Source: Octopus sinensis
Taxonomy: Eukaryota
Length of the DNA: 64,000 nucleotides
Assembly (NCBI RefSeq): GCF_006345805.1
Contig: NC_043013.1
Location: 29,450,001 to 29,514,000 of the forward strand
Reading direction: 5' to 3'
Made by a program: the position numbers and the translations under genes. The notes below the pieces were generated by a model. That model had not been told where the DNA came from, did no database searches, and saw nothing but the letters and a program-made list of their open reading frames with translations. Of this stretch, positions 1-12,562 are shown piece after piece (positions within the stretch are counted from its first letter, which is position 1; every line of letters begins with the position of its first letter).

Positions 1-1252
1 TATACAAATGCAAAAACACACACACAAACACACATGCACACGCACACACAGTCAAACACACGCACACACACACACACAGACACACGGACACACACATACA
101 CACGCGCAAACACATATATAGGCAGTATGCACGTATATATGTTGGTAGATTGGTAGGTAAGTATGTGTGCATACTGTATATTGAGGTACATATTCATGCA
201 TGTATGTGTGTAAGTTTTTATGTTGTAATATCCATTGAAGTACATTTGTAGGTATATATGCAGGTATATATATATATTGATCGATATATATTTATGTATA
301 TATGTATATATACATACATATATTTAAACATATATATTTATATATGCATATATATGTATCAATATATATTTGTATATGTATATATATATATATGTATGTG
401 TATATGTATGTATATATAGACACACATACGCACACATATATATATGTATGTGTATATATATATATATATCATATATATACGTAATATATATATACATATA
501 TATATATAACCATATAATATATATATATATATTCTAATATATATATACATATATATATACATATATATAACATATATATATATATATTATATATATATAC
601 TATACACACACACCATATATATATGATGTGAGTGTACGTTTATATATGTAAATAATGTGTGTGCTTCTGTGTAAGTATGTATGTCTGTATGTACGTACGT
701 CCGTATGTACGTACGTCTGTATGCCTGTGGGTGGGTGTTCTCAAAGAGTGCATATCTATTAGTGGGCGATATGGAAGGAGGAGCTATATGAGTAGGAGAA
801 ACTAGACGTGATTTTTTTTTATCAGGTCACGTTGACCAATATTATCTACGGTGATATGTACTTTAACATAGAAAATTTGACGTCTATCTCGATGTTTTGT
901 GGAAAGACAGCGCAGCATATGACGCGCGCACGTACACACATGCACACACATGTACACACATGCACGCACATATATACACACACACACACACACAGATACA
1001 TATATCTATATGTGTGACTATATGTACGTATGCATGGATGCATTTATGTTTGTACGTATGTCGGTATGTATAATTGTATGTGTCTACGTATGCAGGTAGC
1101 TATTATATGTACAAATATATGTTGATAAAGTGATATCGGTATGTTTCATGTGTGTATAAAATATGCACACGTACACAATATATGTTTATCTCTGATTGAT
1201 TATATATATATATAAATGCATGTATATGTGTGTATATATATATGTATATATG

Positions 1253-1285
<33 letters not shown>

Positions 1286-1289
1286 ATAC
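1..1289. repeat. Compound (CA)n/(TA)n/(TATG)n microsatellite tract
   Basis: Directly visible dinucleotide and tetranucleotide runs; the IY/HT/VC-rich ORFs here are translations of these repeats. Confidence 0.9.
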
Positions 1290-1677
1290 GGCGCAGGAGT
1301 GGCTGTGTGGTAAGTAGCTTGCTTACCAACCACATGGTTCCGGGTTCAGCCCCACTGCGTGGCACCTTCCACAAGGGTCTTCTACTATAGCTCCGGACGG
1401 AGCAAAGCCATATGTGTGGATTTGGTAGACGGAAACTGAAGGAAGCCCATCGTATATAGATATGTATGTATATGTTAATTGTGTCTGTGTTTGTCCCCTA
1501 CTATCGCTTGACAACCGATACTGGTGTGATTACGTCCCCGTGACTTAGCGGTTCGGCAAAAGAAACCGATATAATAAGTACTAGACTTACAAAGAATAAG
1601 TCCTGCGGTCGATATATTCGACTAAAGGTGGTGCTCCGGCATGGTCGCAGTGAAATGACTGAAATAAGTAAAAGAGT
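1290..1677 (+). mobile_element. tRNA-derived SINE, family A, near full length
   Basis: Head GGCGCAGGAGTGGCTGTGTGGTAAG with B-box-like GGTTCAGCCCC, internal (TG)-rich spacer, tail ending GTAAAAGAG; recurs at 36066-36497(-), 43640-44040(+), 58229-58630(+). Confidence 0.85.
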
Positions 1678-1914
1678 ATATAATATATATGTAATAATGC
1701 GAAGATTCCCGGTCTGGTTTGAAACCACTAGTGGCTGTCATTGAATTTTACAAGAAACTTTTAGTATGGGTTCTGTTTTTCTTCTAGTCCAGAATGACCA
1801 CAGCCTTTGGGCTGAAACGCCAGAAAGAATAAAAATTGTTCTCGTAGTTAGTCCTCCGATATATATATATATAATATAATATTAATATATATATATATAT
1901 CTATATATAATACT

Positions 1915-2140
1915 ATATATATTTTGTGTGTTTTGTATGTGTGTGTACCGTCGGCAATTTTTTTCTCCGTCTTCCTTCTTTGGATCTTTCTTTTTCCATG
2001 TTTCTGACGAAGAGCTCCGCTCGAAACGTTTAAACCTCCTTCTTTCCTTCTTTCCTGAGCGTCCAATAATACTATAACTTGTTCCACGTCCTCGCTTTGT
2101 TGTGTTTTCTCTTTGTGTTTTCATTTTTGGATTAACTATA
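1915..2140 (+). mobile_element. Short (TA)n-flanked element with HHR-like variant motif
   Basis: GTTT-CTGACGA-A-GAGC(TCC)GCTC-GAAAC-GTTT-AAAC at ~2000-2035; (TA)-rich on both sides; related motif at 24481-24514(-) and 60061-60090(+). Confidence 0.55.
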
Positions 2141-2740
2141 TGTGTATATATATATATATATAGTTATATATATTATATAAAAGGCTAGTAAATAAATTAC
2201 TTTGCCGCATACTTTTACTAAGCCCTTTTATATAATATAATTTGAATTCGCCTTGAATGGATCCTTTCATACTGAACACTTGTGAAATGGATTAATGTTA
2301 ATTAATTTTGCCCTCATTGTTGAAATTATATTTATATATATATATATATATATATCTATAGATATATATATATATATAGAATATATATCCATGTATATAT
2401 ATATATATGTATACACAGACAACACACACCCCACACACAAAATCTACAGGAACATGGACTAAAATCTTAAGAAAATACCAAATTGCAATAATTTTAATGT
2501 CATGATTAGTGATAGCGAAACATGTCGACAACCACAGTGCTGTTTCATTTAAAATGTATTAAAACAATGTAAACTGTGTGCATTTTCCTTCTTTTATCGT
2601 AAAGAAAGAGCAAGAAAAACAAACAAAAAGATAGAATCACTTGAAATTTGAAATGGGAAGAATTTAGAGGATGCGAACAGTAAAGGTCATGCCTATAATA
2701 ACTGTTGCGTTGGGTACAGTAAGTCAAAATATAGACAAAT

Positions 2741-3027
2741 ATCTGTTTGTTCTTTCTTGAGCCACGCCTGGCTCATAAGGGCCGGTTTCCCGGTTTCCTT
2801 GGCGTATAGGTTCCCCACCTGGACGCCGGTCCGTCGCAGGTGAACTGCAAGATGCAGGAGGAAAGAGTGAGAGAAAGTTGTGGCGAAAGAGTCAGCAGAA
2901 GTTCGCCAATACCTTCTGCCGGAGCCGCGTGGAGCTTAGGTGTTTCGCTCATAAACACACACATCCCCCGGTCTGAGATTCGAACCCGCGAGTCCGCTGC
3001 TCTAACCACTAGGCTATGTGCCTCCAC
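2741..3027 (-). mobile_element. tRNA-derived SINE with 10-bp TSD
   Basis: Minus-strand head GTGGAGGCACATAGCCTAGTGGTTAGAGC...GGGTTCGAATCTC; ATAGACAAAT repeated at 2731-2740 and 3028-3037; second copy at 54265-54562(-). Confidence 0.85.
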
Positions 3028-3414
3028 ATAGACAAATGGCTGAAGGATATTCAAGTAGAATGCCCTGGAGAGCTCTTGCAGTAAGTTTTCTCTTACGGAT
3101 AGCAAGGATTATCAGGTGGGCTCTAAGCACTTGAAAGACAGCTGAAAACTTGTGGATACCTAAGATTACAGGTAGTAACCCGATATCCATAATTCCTACC
3201 AGGAATAAGACGAACTGAGTCAACCAAAATAATAATAATAATAATAAAATAATAAATAATAATAATAAATAATAATAATAATAATAATGATGATGATATA
3301 ATAATAATAATAATAATAATAATAAGAATAATAATAATAATAAGAAGAATAAAAATAAGAAGAAGAAGAGAAAGAAAAGAAGAAGAAGAAGAAGAAGAAG
3401 AAGAAGAAGAAGAA

Positions 3415-4359
3415 AATGAAGAAAACAACAAAAGCTATAAAACAATTGAATTGAAATCCAAACTAAAAACAGAAACAGCAACGAACCATGATAAAACGAT
3501 GGCAAGAAAAGCCCCTTCATGGTAAATACTGGACTCAACTAAACGCAAAAGAAATAGACATAGAAAAATCCCAGCAATGGTTGAGAAGCTCAGGACTCAA
3601 AGCAGAGACAGGGGGATTTTTAATTGCAGCACAAGACCAAAGCCTCCCCACCAGAAATTACCAAAAACATGTAATGAAAAGAAATATAACAAGTAACTGC
3701 AGAATATGTGGAGATGGACAAGAAACAATAAATCATGTTATCTTGGCTGCCCAGTCCTAGCTAAGAGGAATAAATTCAGACATGACAAAGTTGGAACCTA
3801 CATACACTGGAAGCTATGCCAACATTATGGAATAACACAGAAAAAAGATGGTATAGGCACACACCAGAAAAGGTCACAGAAAACGAGAAAGCAACCATAC
3901 TCTGGGATATGCTGATACACACAGATAGAAATTAAGGCCAACAGACCAGATATAGTTGTCAAAGATCATGAAGAAAAAAAATGCTTTCTAATTGATGTAT
4001 CAATACCGGCAGATGACAACGTGTCTCTAAAAGAAATGGAGAAACTTTCAAAATACAAAGACCTGGAAATAGAGGTAACCAGAATGTGGAATCTAAAAAC
4101 AGAAACGATTCCTATCATAGTAGGTGCATTAGGCATGATAAAAAAATACTCAGATAAATATATAACAAAAACACCAGGACTTACAAACACATATAACATA
4201 CAGAAAATTGCACTACTAGGCACTGCACACATTCTACGCAGAACACTTTCCATACAATAACCATCAGAGCATCACAACAAATCACAGCACATACCTAAGG
4301 CACACAGAGCTGCGCTCGGTAATGAAGTGAAAGCACGCTATAAAAATAAAACTACTGAA
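3415..4359 (+). mobile_element. 5'-truncated R4/Dong-like non-LTR retrotransposon, 3' end (zinc finger + restriction-like endonuclease), degraded
   Basis: ORF pieces GLKAETGGFLIAAQDQSLPTRNY, CRICG...ETINH, HDKVG..IHWKLC, RPDIVV...LIDVSIP...KLSKYKDL, IPIIVGALG; (TAA)n/(GAA)n flanks fit microsatellite-targeting R4/Dong elements. Confidence 0.8.
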
Positions 4360-4391
4360 TGATAATAATAATAATGATAATAATTATAATT

Positions 4392-4866
4392 TGAGTTACT
4401 GAGAATAAAGACTGCAAAATCCTGTGGGAAGCAATGATACCGTGTGACCACCCGATCAGACATCTAAAACCTGACATTATTGCAGTGAACAAAAAAGAAA
4501 GATTTGCATGAAAATTGACAAAGTATATCCCGGTGACAACAAGATGGAAGAGAAAGAAGAAAAAAAGGAACAACTATGACGATTTGAAGTGGGAAATGCG
4601 CAGATTGCGGGCAATGATGAGAGTGGACATGATACCAATAGTAATTGGCGCACTTGGAATTATCAGCTCTCAACTACCAGAATGGCTCAAAAAGGTTGGT
4701 ACAAATGTAAAGATAAAGCATCTCCAAAAATCATCTTGGAACTGCAAGAGTCCATGGTAAGGTTCTTGAAGCATGATCCGTAAACAAGTGTCACCTTAGT
4801 CTGCTGGCTGTGGGTAGCAGGCACTTTCCATAATATCCAGTGAAATAAACTGAGAGTTTTCATCAA
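4392..4866 (+). mobile_element. Second R4/Dong-like 3' fragment
   Basis: KPDII, YDDLKWEMRRL, IPIVIGALG motifs; ends in a long (TAA)n. Confidence 0.7.
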
Positions 4867-4884
4867 ATAATAATAATAATAATA

Positions 4885-4955
<71 letters not shown>

Positions 4956-5275
4956 TTCTTTTATATTGTATGACTGTTTTGATATGTGCGCGTGTCTGAG
5001 CTGAACAATGTGTTAATTCGTGTGGGTATACAGATCTTAATATATAAGAAATACACAATCATCTTATATATACCCTTAACCAATACAACAGCTCCACTAT
5101 TCTACCTCAACATGCACTTCCTGTTTCCCTTACCTTCATTTCCTCTTCAACATCTCCTTATTTTTCAATACATTGTCCATCGTATTTATTCAATTATTCT
5201 TTTTGTTATTAAATACACAACTACTTAAATACAAACACTCATATACTTCATTCATTCATCTATTCTTTCTTTCTT

Positions 5276-5372
<97 letters not shown>

Positions 5373-5559
5373 CACAGCTCACCCAACAGACAGTAAGTAG
5401 TCCGCATAATTATCCTATTAGTCGCTGAACACAATGGGTTCTAGAAAAATACACACACACACAAGCACACACACACACACACGCATACATACACAAAGTA
5501 TACTTATATTACAGTGTCTCTATGTCAATCCCTCGTTTAATTATAATTAATTATACATC

Positions 5560-7770
5560 CTTAGCAATATTTCGTTTCGTTGATAGCCAGTTTAAATTGC
5601 AGAAGCGAGGTGAAAGAAAATCAAGAAATGAACGAGAAGTCAAAGGAAAGACATCGTTGCTGGATGTGGGTGTTACACAAAAAGTTAATGATGAATATTT
5701 ATTAGCAAAATCTGAACTCTCTGCTCTAAAACAAATTGGAAACAAAATGACTTCATCTAAAACTTGGAGTGAAACTGTTGTTCAGGGACTATCTGCAATG
5801 CTCGAAGATATCGCTCCTGAAATTGAACTGCACCGGTAACTTACAACAAAAATCTGAAGAACACCTCAAGATATACGCGATGGATTTGATATTGGCAATT
5901 TAATACGAAGAGCAGAAAACAGAGTAAAATTTCTAGTTGATATTTCTAATCACAGGAGTCACAATGGTGGATGATCTACGGTGGAGTGTCAAGAGCTAAG
6001 CTATGTTTCGTTTGCAGTGTCAACTCACGTTGACATTAGAGAATGGATTATCCACCACAGAAATATGAAAAAAAAAAAAAGATATGTGATAGCATTCCTA
6101 AACTTAAATATAGTAACGAACACTAATGGAATTAGGTATCATGGAGACAGCTCAGACAAAGGAGTTATTCATGGAACATTTTCTGCATAAACAAATTGTA
6201 CTAAAGGACACTAACTCGGTTAACAATTCTCCATCGTATAACTGACATTATTTTATTTTTGGGTAAAAGGAGGTTAGCATTCTCTGATACTTCTCATCTC
6301 ATTGGCGATCTTCACAATGGTAACTTACGTGGGCTGGTTGAACTTTTGTCTCGTGTACTTGAAACTCATACCACGAAAGTCAATGTAAACAAGAGAAAAA
6401 ATAGAAAGGTTGCAAGCACTTTATTTGTTCGGTGAAACACAAAATGAACTCATTTCTCTTTGCTCCGATCATATTTTGAAACATAATCTCTTAAAGATCA
6501 AAGGCAATATACTATTGAATAATAGGTGACGCAACACCTGATCCCATATAAGTCGAACAAACAACATTTATTATATGTTACCTTCATAGTAAAATTTAAG
6601 ATTTAAGAAAGATTTTTCTTCTTTGAAGATTGTTGTGAGAAGTCATTGTAAATCTGATAAAAGAAACATCGAGAAAACAGAAATCTCTTGTAAAGATGCC
6701 AATATGACAGCTAGATACAAAGGAAATCAAAGTATGAAAATCCGCTCACTATTTGTGGATGCCATATTGTGAATTAACGTAGCACGAGTTCAGTTCAGTG
6801 CTATACTAAAGTAGTTATCGTTTTTGATAGAATAAAAGGCGCACGGGTATATTAGACGCACCACAATTTCATCAGTGCATATTCAAGAAAAAAGCCCCCG
6901 GTTTTATATGCATTCCAGATCATTGGGAAGCCCAACTTCGCATATGGGGACCGGAACAATTTCTTTTGACATTTTTTGTCTGCGTCTTCTATGCCATAAC
7001 ATACTGTGCTACTTTTTCAGAACAACTTTAATATCCTTTTAATAACTTTTCCTGTAGTTAATTTAACATAAATTCTCCTGATTCTCCTGGGTGAAACAAA
7101 GTGTCAAACATTGCACCATATGCTAACTATCCTTTGGTCAACTGAAACCATTAGTTAAATCATTTGTTTATAATCTTAATGGTACGAAATTATCACGACT
7201 GGATAGTTTGAAATTCAATTTATACTAAAGACCAGAAGTGAATTAACAAAATTTATTAAATACATACACACTTTTAGGTGCGTGGTTATGTTTTCCGTCT
7301 GATTCAAAATTCTTGCTGCAATTAACTTTCGTCTGAGAGTATCATCGGCAAGGGATACTATAGTTAATATTGAAGTGGGCAACACGGAAATGCTCACTGA
7401 AAACCTGCAGAGACTACGAGATCAACGTGACTTTACTGAGAGATTCAAAACATGTTGGTAACAGTCTGAAAATTGAAATCAAACTACAAAAAAAAAAAAA
7501 CGAAACCCAGTCAAAGCGAAATCAATTTTTTTCTTCTTCTTACGAAATCGTCAGGGGATAAAATCTGTGTAAAAGATCCTGACAGATATTCGGAATCATT
7601 ATTTTAGACGTGCTTTTACGTCCTTTTCAATTCTATCGTAGATGGTATACCAAAAATATTTGTAACTGCACAGGAAATTGCTGGTGCCTTTTCATGCGTC
7701 TTGCACTATCTGTATACATATCGGAAAACCGTTTGGCCTCAGAGTTCCTGTTAATTGCAGAAATTTACAA
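5560..7770 (+). pseudogene. Highly decayed hAT-type transposase relic
   Basis: Scattered motif remnants read by eye: D-A-T-P-D and E-Q-T-T-F (~6525-6570), ARYKG (~6710), CGCH (~6753); many stops and frameshifts; boundaries approximate. Confidence 0.4.
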
Positions 7771-7879
7771 TGTTGAAATAAATTGCAAATGAATTTTAGA
7801 TCGACACGAAAACACTATGCTCAGTCACAACTTTAACTATGCTGTTTACATATATATATATATATTATATATATATATA

Positions 7880-8090
7880 TATTCTTTTACTTGTTTCAAT
7901 CAAATGACTGGGACCATGCTGGAGCACCGGCTTTTAGTCGAAGAAATCGACCTCGGACTTATTTTGTGTAAGTTTATTCTATCAGTCTCTCAGGCCGAAC
8001 CGCTAAGTTACGGGGACGTAAGCACACCGACATAGGTTGTCAGGCGATGGTGTGTGTGGGTGGGACAAACATAGACATAGACACACACAT
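7880..8090 (-). mobile_element. SINE family A, 3' half
   Basis: Reverse complement of the 1490-1677 tail; the matching 5' half lies at ~8715-8840(-), on the other side of the palindromic element. Confidence 0.7.
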
Positions 8091-8102
8091 AAAAATACAC
8101 AT

Positions 8103-8138
<36 letters not shown>

Positions 8139-8142
<4 letters not shown>

Positions 8143-8675
8143 TATTGGTGAATTGAAGAAATGGAGCTGAACGCAGATTGAACAGAAATCGTTTTATTTC
8201 ATTCTACACGTGTTTCGAAAGGCACAAATTACCAAAATCCGATTGAATAATGGGACCATATTGTGTCTTTCTCTTCAGGAAGAAAAAAGGAAATCCGTTG
8301 GAAAAACAAAAACAGAACAGAGGCGGAGCAAAAAACAAATCGAACTGTGCTCCTAAGAGCCCATGGCGAAACTCCTTTTTTCTTCCTGAAGAGAAAGACA
8401 CAATATGGTCCCATTATTCAATCGGATTTTGGTAATTTGTGCCTTTCGAAACACGTGTAGAATGAAATAAAACGATTTCTGTTCAATCTGCGTTCAGCTC
8501 CATTTCTTCAATTCACCAATAATGTTTTAATTTCAATTATCCGCACCAACGCACGGTTGCAACGCCAGATGGTTGTACCTCCAACCGTGCTGTTTACTGC
8601 TGTGATTTTTGCTACTAAGGTATCGGTTAAACTGTTGATTAATCTACTACAAGATTATTCATCTTTCTATTTCAC

Positions 8676-8680
<5 letters not shown>
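8139..8680. mobile_element. (TA)n-inserted element with 153-bp inverted repeat, each arm carrying an HHR
   Basis: 8139-8291 reads as the reverse complement of 8373-8525 with an 81-bp spacer; (TA)n on both sides. Confidence 0.85.
8381..8466 (+). ncRNA. Minimal type I hammerhead ribozyme motif (mirror copy on minus strand ~8198-8283)
   Basis: TTC-CTGAAGA(8386-8392)-GAAAG...CTTTC-GAAAC-ACGT-GTA-GAA; stem II GAAAG/CTTTC, palindromic ACGT loop III, GUA cleavage triplet, short stem I. Confidence 0.7.
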
Positions 8681-8718
<38 letters not shown>

Positions 8719-8872
8719 GATAGGCTCCTTTCAGTTTCCGTCCACCAAATCCACTCACAAGGCTTTGTCGGCCTGAGGCTATAATAGAAGACACTTGACC
8801 AAAGTGCCACGCAGCGGTGCTGAACCCGGACCATGTGGTTGATATATATATACATATACACACGCACACACA

Positions 8873-8947
<75 letters not shown>

Positions 8948-8992
8948 ATCTATATCTATATATATATATATATATATGTGTATATATATATA

Positions 8993-9257
8993 TTGGTAAA
9001 ACGGTAAGATAACAAAAGAAAGAAAGCGACCTCAATATTATGTAAATAGGGGAAATTTATCTATACAATAATATGTTACATTACTCGATAGTCAAGATAA
9101 AACTCTGAGTTTCAGATGCCGAAGTGGAAATCCACAAACCATCTCTTCGGTTATCTGGCTATTAACACCGAAGAGATGGTGTTGTGGATTTCCACTTCGG
9201 CATCTGAAACTCAGAGTTTTATCTTGACTATCGAGTAATGTAACATATTATTGTATA
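8993..9257. mobile_element. (TA)n-inserted element with ~90-bp inverted repeat and variant HHR
   Basis: 9062-9151 vs 9167-9257 inverted; minus strand 9095-9156 reads AGATAA-CCGAAGA-GATG...CATC-T-GAAAC-TCAGA-GTT-TTATCT. Confidence 0.7.
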
Positions 9258-9576
9258 TATATATATATATATATGTTGTGTGTGTGTGTGTGTGTGTGTG
9301 TATTACTTGCTACTTATGATTAGCTTGTAGTAAACAACTCGCCTACTGATGGTGGTGTATTTTGTTGATCAGCCTTTATCGATAATATTGATCTGAGCGA
9401 GACTTCAGTTCTTGCATTCTATGTGTTGACTAAGCGAAACTTCATGTCCCAGTTATATGAAAATCGATTAAGAGTATTCATCGTTTTTTTTTTTTCAATC
9501 CGTAGAGATATAAGTAAAATTTACGTATTTGTACGTTTACGGCGTATATTTGCAGAAGTTTTATCATACCTTAAGT

Positions 9577-10270
9577 GCAAGCGCGTGGCTTAGTGGTTAG
9601 AGCAGTCGACTCACGACTTCGATCCTTGAGCAAGACACTTTATTTCTCGTTGCTGCAATCCACCTCAGCCGGCAAAAACGGGTAGTACCTGCATTTCAAA
9701 GGGACACCCTTGTCACATTTTGCTTCGCTGAATCTCACCGAGAACTTCATTAAAGGTACGAGTATCTATGCTATTTGATGAATGAGGGATGTCGCTTTGT
9801 GACATTTCTACCAGTGTCCAGTTTATCCTGTTGACCACAAGCCACTGAGAGGAACCTTTACGCTGCTGTTATCTACCTGATAGAAACATCAACCAAACCG
9901 CCCTCAAACCATTCAGTATAATTTTAATTTACATATAGTCATGTATAATTATATAATCTCACAGTAAAGGCGCATAGTTTAGTGGTTAGCATATTGGGCT
10001 CACAGTCGTAAGGTCCTGGGTTCGATTCCGAGCAGCGCGCTGTATCCTTGAGCAAGGCACTTTATTTCACATTGTTCCAGTTCACTCAGCTGACAAAAGT
10101 TGTATACTTTTATTTCAAAAGGCCAGCCTTGTTACATTGTGTCGCCCTGAATCTCCCTGAGAACTACATTAAAGGTACAAGTGTCTGCGGAATGCTCAAG
10201 CATTTGCACGTTAATTTTACGGGCAGGCTGTTCCCTTAATCGGATCAGCTCGTTGTCGTAACTGACTGAG
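9577..10270 (+). mobile_element. Two decayed tRNA-derived SINEs (~9577-9770 and ~9966-10270)
   Basis: A-box TGGCTTAGTGG/TAGTTTAGTGG, B-box GGTTCGATTCC, shared core CTTGAGCAAG(A/G)CACTTTATTTC. Confidence 0.7.
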
Positions 10271-10417
10271 GGCCAGTCATCATACCTTGGTTCTACTCTG
10301 ACAGTGTTAAACACTAATGTCACGCATTAGTTTTCCGTAGTTACCAGATTTGTTACTATTAGGATACAAGCAGAATGGATACCCGTTTCTCTGTTATTGG
10401 TCAAGTGACGTCGATAC

Positions 10418-11440
10418 TTGCCTGAAATCCATAACAAATACACCTTCGAGTTGCAATATGCTGATGATACGGTACTTGTCAATTACAGCTCCGCTGGCCT
10501 TCAAAGGCTCTTGGACCACATGTTAGATGCATACAGCCATACTGGCCTAGTCATCAATACCAAGAAGACGGAATTCTTCCAACAGTCTCGTGCGTCCGAC
10601 ACCAACCCATGCTCCTTCCATATTGAAGATGTGACAATTGCTAATATTAACCAATTCACGTACCTTGGCTCAGTCTTCAACAACACCCTCGATCTGACAG
10701 ACGATATTCAGCGCCGTATTCGTCTTGCCTCTGCTGTGTTTGGTCGGCTAAGTACTCGCATCCTTCTAAACAAAAACATCAACATCAGAACAAAAGTGGC
10801 TGCCTACAATGCTGTTTGTGACTTAGTCCTGCTATATGGCAGCGAGTCTTGCATGACTTACCTGCGTCATATCAAGATGCTCGAACGGTTTCATATCTCT
10901 CGCCTTCAATAACTTCTTGGCTTACACTGGTGGAACAGGATCCCTTATGTTGAGATACGTGGCCGAATATACAGCCAGTCATTGGAGGTAACAATCGCTA
11001 ACCGCCAACTGAGATGGGCATGTCATTCGAATGTCTTCAAATCGATTGCCCCGCCTTGTTATGTACGGCGAACTTGAAGATGGAAGATGCTCTGTCGGTG
11101 GCCAGCACAAACGCTTTAAAGATCACCGGAAGGCAACGCTGAAAAAGTGTCATATTTCTCCCGACAGTCTCGAATCAATGGCTGCAGAGTGCACTAGCTG
11201 GCACGACGCATACAAGACTGGCATCACCAAACTCCAAGAAGATCTACTGCAGAGTGAAGCGGCACGTCGCGCCCGGCAGAACGAGCAGAAACCTGGACGT
11301 CAACAGCTGCAAGGGTTTATATGGTCCACCTGCAGACGTATCCTTCTCTCCAGAATCGGACTTCACAGTCATCAGAGGTCACATAACTAGAAATGACGTT
11401 TGGAAAAAGTACTCATCGCTTCACGATGTTCACGAAATGA
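10418..11440 (+). mobile_element. 5'-truncated RTE-clade LINE (RT C-terminus + C-terminal zinc finger), degraded
   Basis: LQYADD, GLVINTKKTE, FTYLGS, RLPRLVMYGEL, TCRR...SRIGLHSHQRSH; stop at 10912; followed by (TACA)n. Confidence 0.85.
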
Positions 11441-12086
11441 TGATTCATATATATACGTACATACATACATACATACATACATACATACATACATACATAC
11501 ATACACATACATACATACATACATACATACATACATACATACATACATACATACATACATAGGCAACGCCAATCGTAAATAATTTTATTTTATTTACAAA
11601 AGATTGCAGAAACTATGCATAGTCCAGAAAGGAGAGGGCAAACGTTTTTATTTCTCTTTCCATTTCAGAATTACAACTATTAGTGGTTTGGAGTTTAACT
11701 GCTCTTTCTAGTGAGACAGATGTCCTATTATAGCCATCTCTTATATGTTTGTTTGTATATATATATATTTGTGTGTGTGTGTGTAATTCGTCTCTGCACA
11801 TCATTTCTTGAGCTGGAAGTACTTTCTTATTATAACGTGCAGCTGTCTAAAATGTCAATGTTGAACTGAAGCATATTCGATGGTCTCAAAGCAAGGGAAG
11901 CGAGAGTGTTAAACATTTGCCACATTCGTATTCGATCCTTCAAATATTGTTTCAGAACAGCATCACTTGAGGCATGCACTATGAATTCCTAATATGCATA
12001 TTAAAATTATTGTATTACTATTTGCTACAAAACAATTGTGTTTATCCATCCATGTATGTATGTATGTATGTATGTATGTATGTATG

Positions 12087-12117
<31 letters not shown>

Positions 12118-12148
12118 GTATGTATGTAAGTATGTATCAGTCTGTCTG

Positions 12149-12203
<55 letters not shown>

Positions 12204-12416
12204 CCCCTATTCTCTCTCTCACACACACAGACACACAAATGCACACAAACATTTTAGAGAAGTAAGCATATTTGATGAATCTAAACTTATTTGGCATCTC
12301 TGAAAATATTCAATACGTATTATATGTATGTATATATATAAATATATATATATATACACACACCACATATATATATATATATATTATATATATATATATT
12401 TATATATATAAGTATA

Positions 12417-12448
<32 letters not shown>

Positions 12449-12562
12449 CATATATGTATATATATTTTTATATATGTATATGTATTTATATGTATGTATA
12501 TATGTATATATATTATATATATAATATATATATATATATAATATATATATATATAAATATAT

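Noticed and set aside
302-1390. Many 60-235 aa ORFs rich in IY, HT, VC, poly-Y, poly-L or poly-I here and throughout the window
   Set aside because: They are translations of microsatellites or SINEs, not genes.
1780-1830. CAGAATGA...CAGCC/GGCTG-AAAC as a hammerhead
   Set aside because: Core, stem I and cleavage triplet cannot be assigned; at best a remnant.
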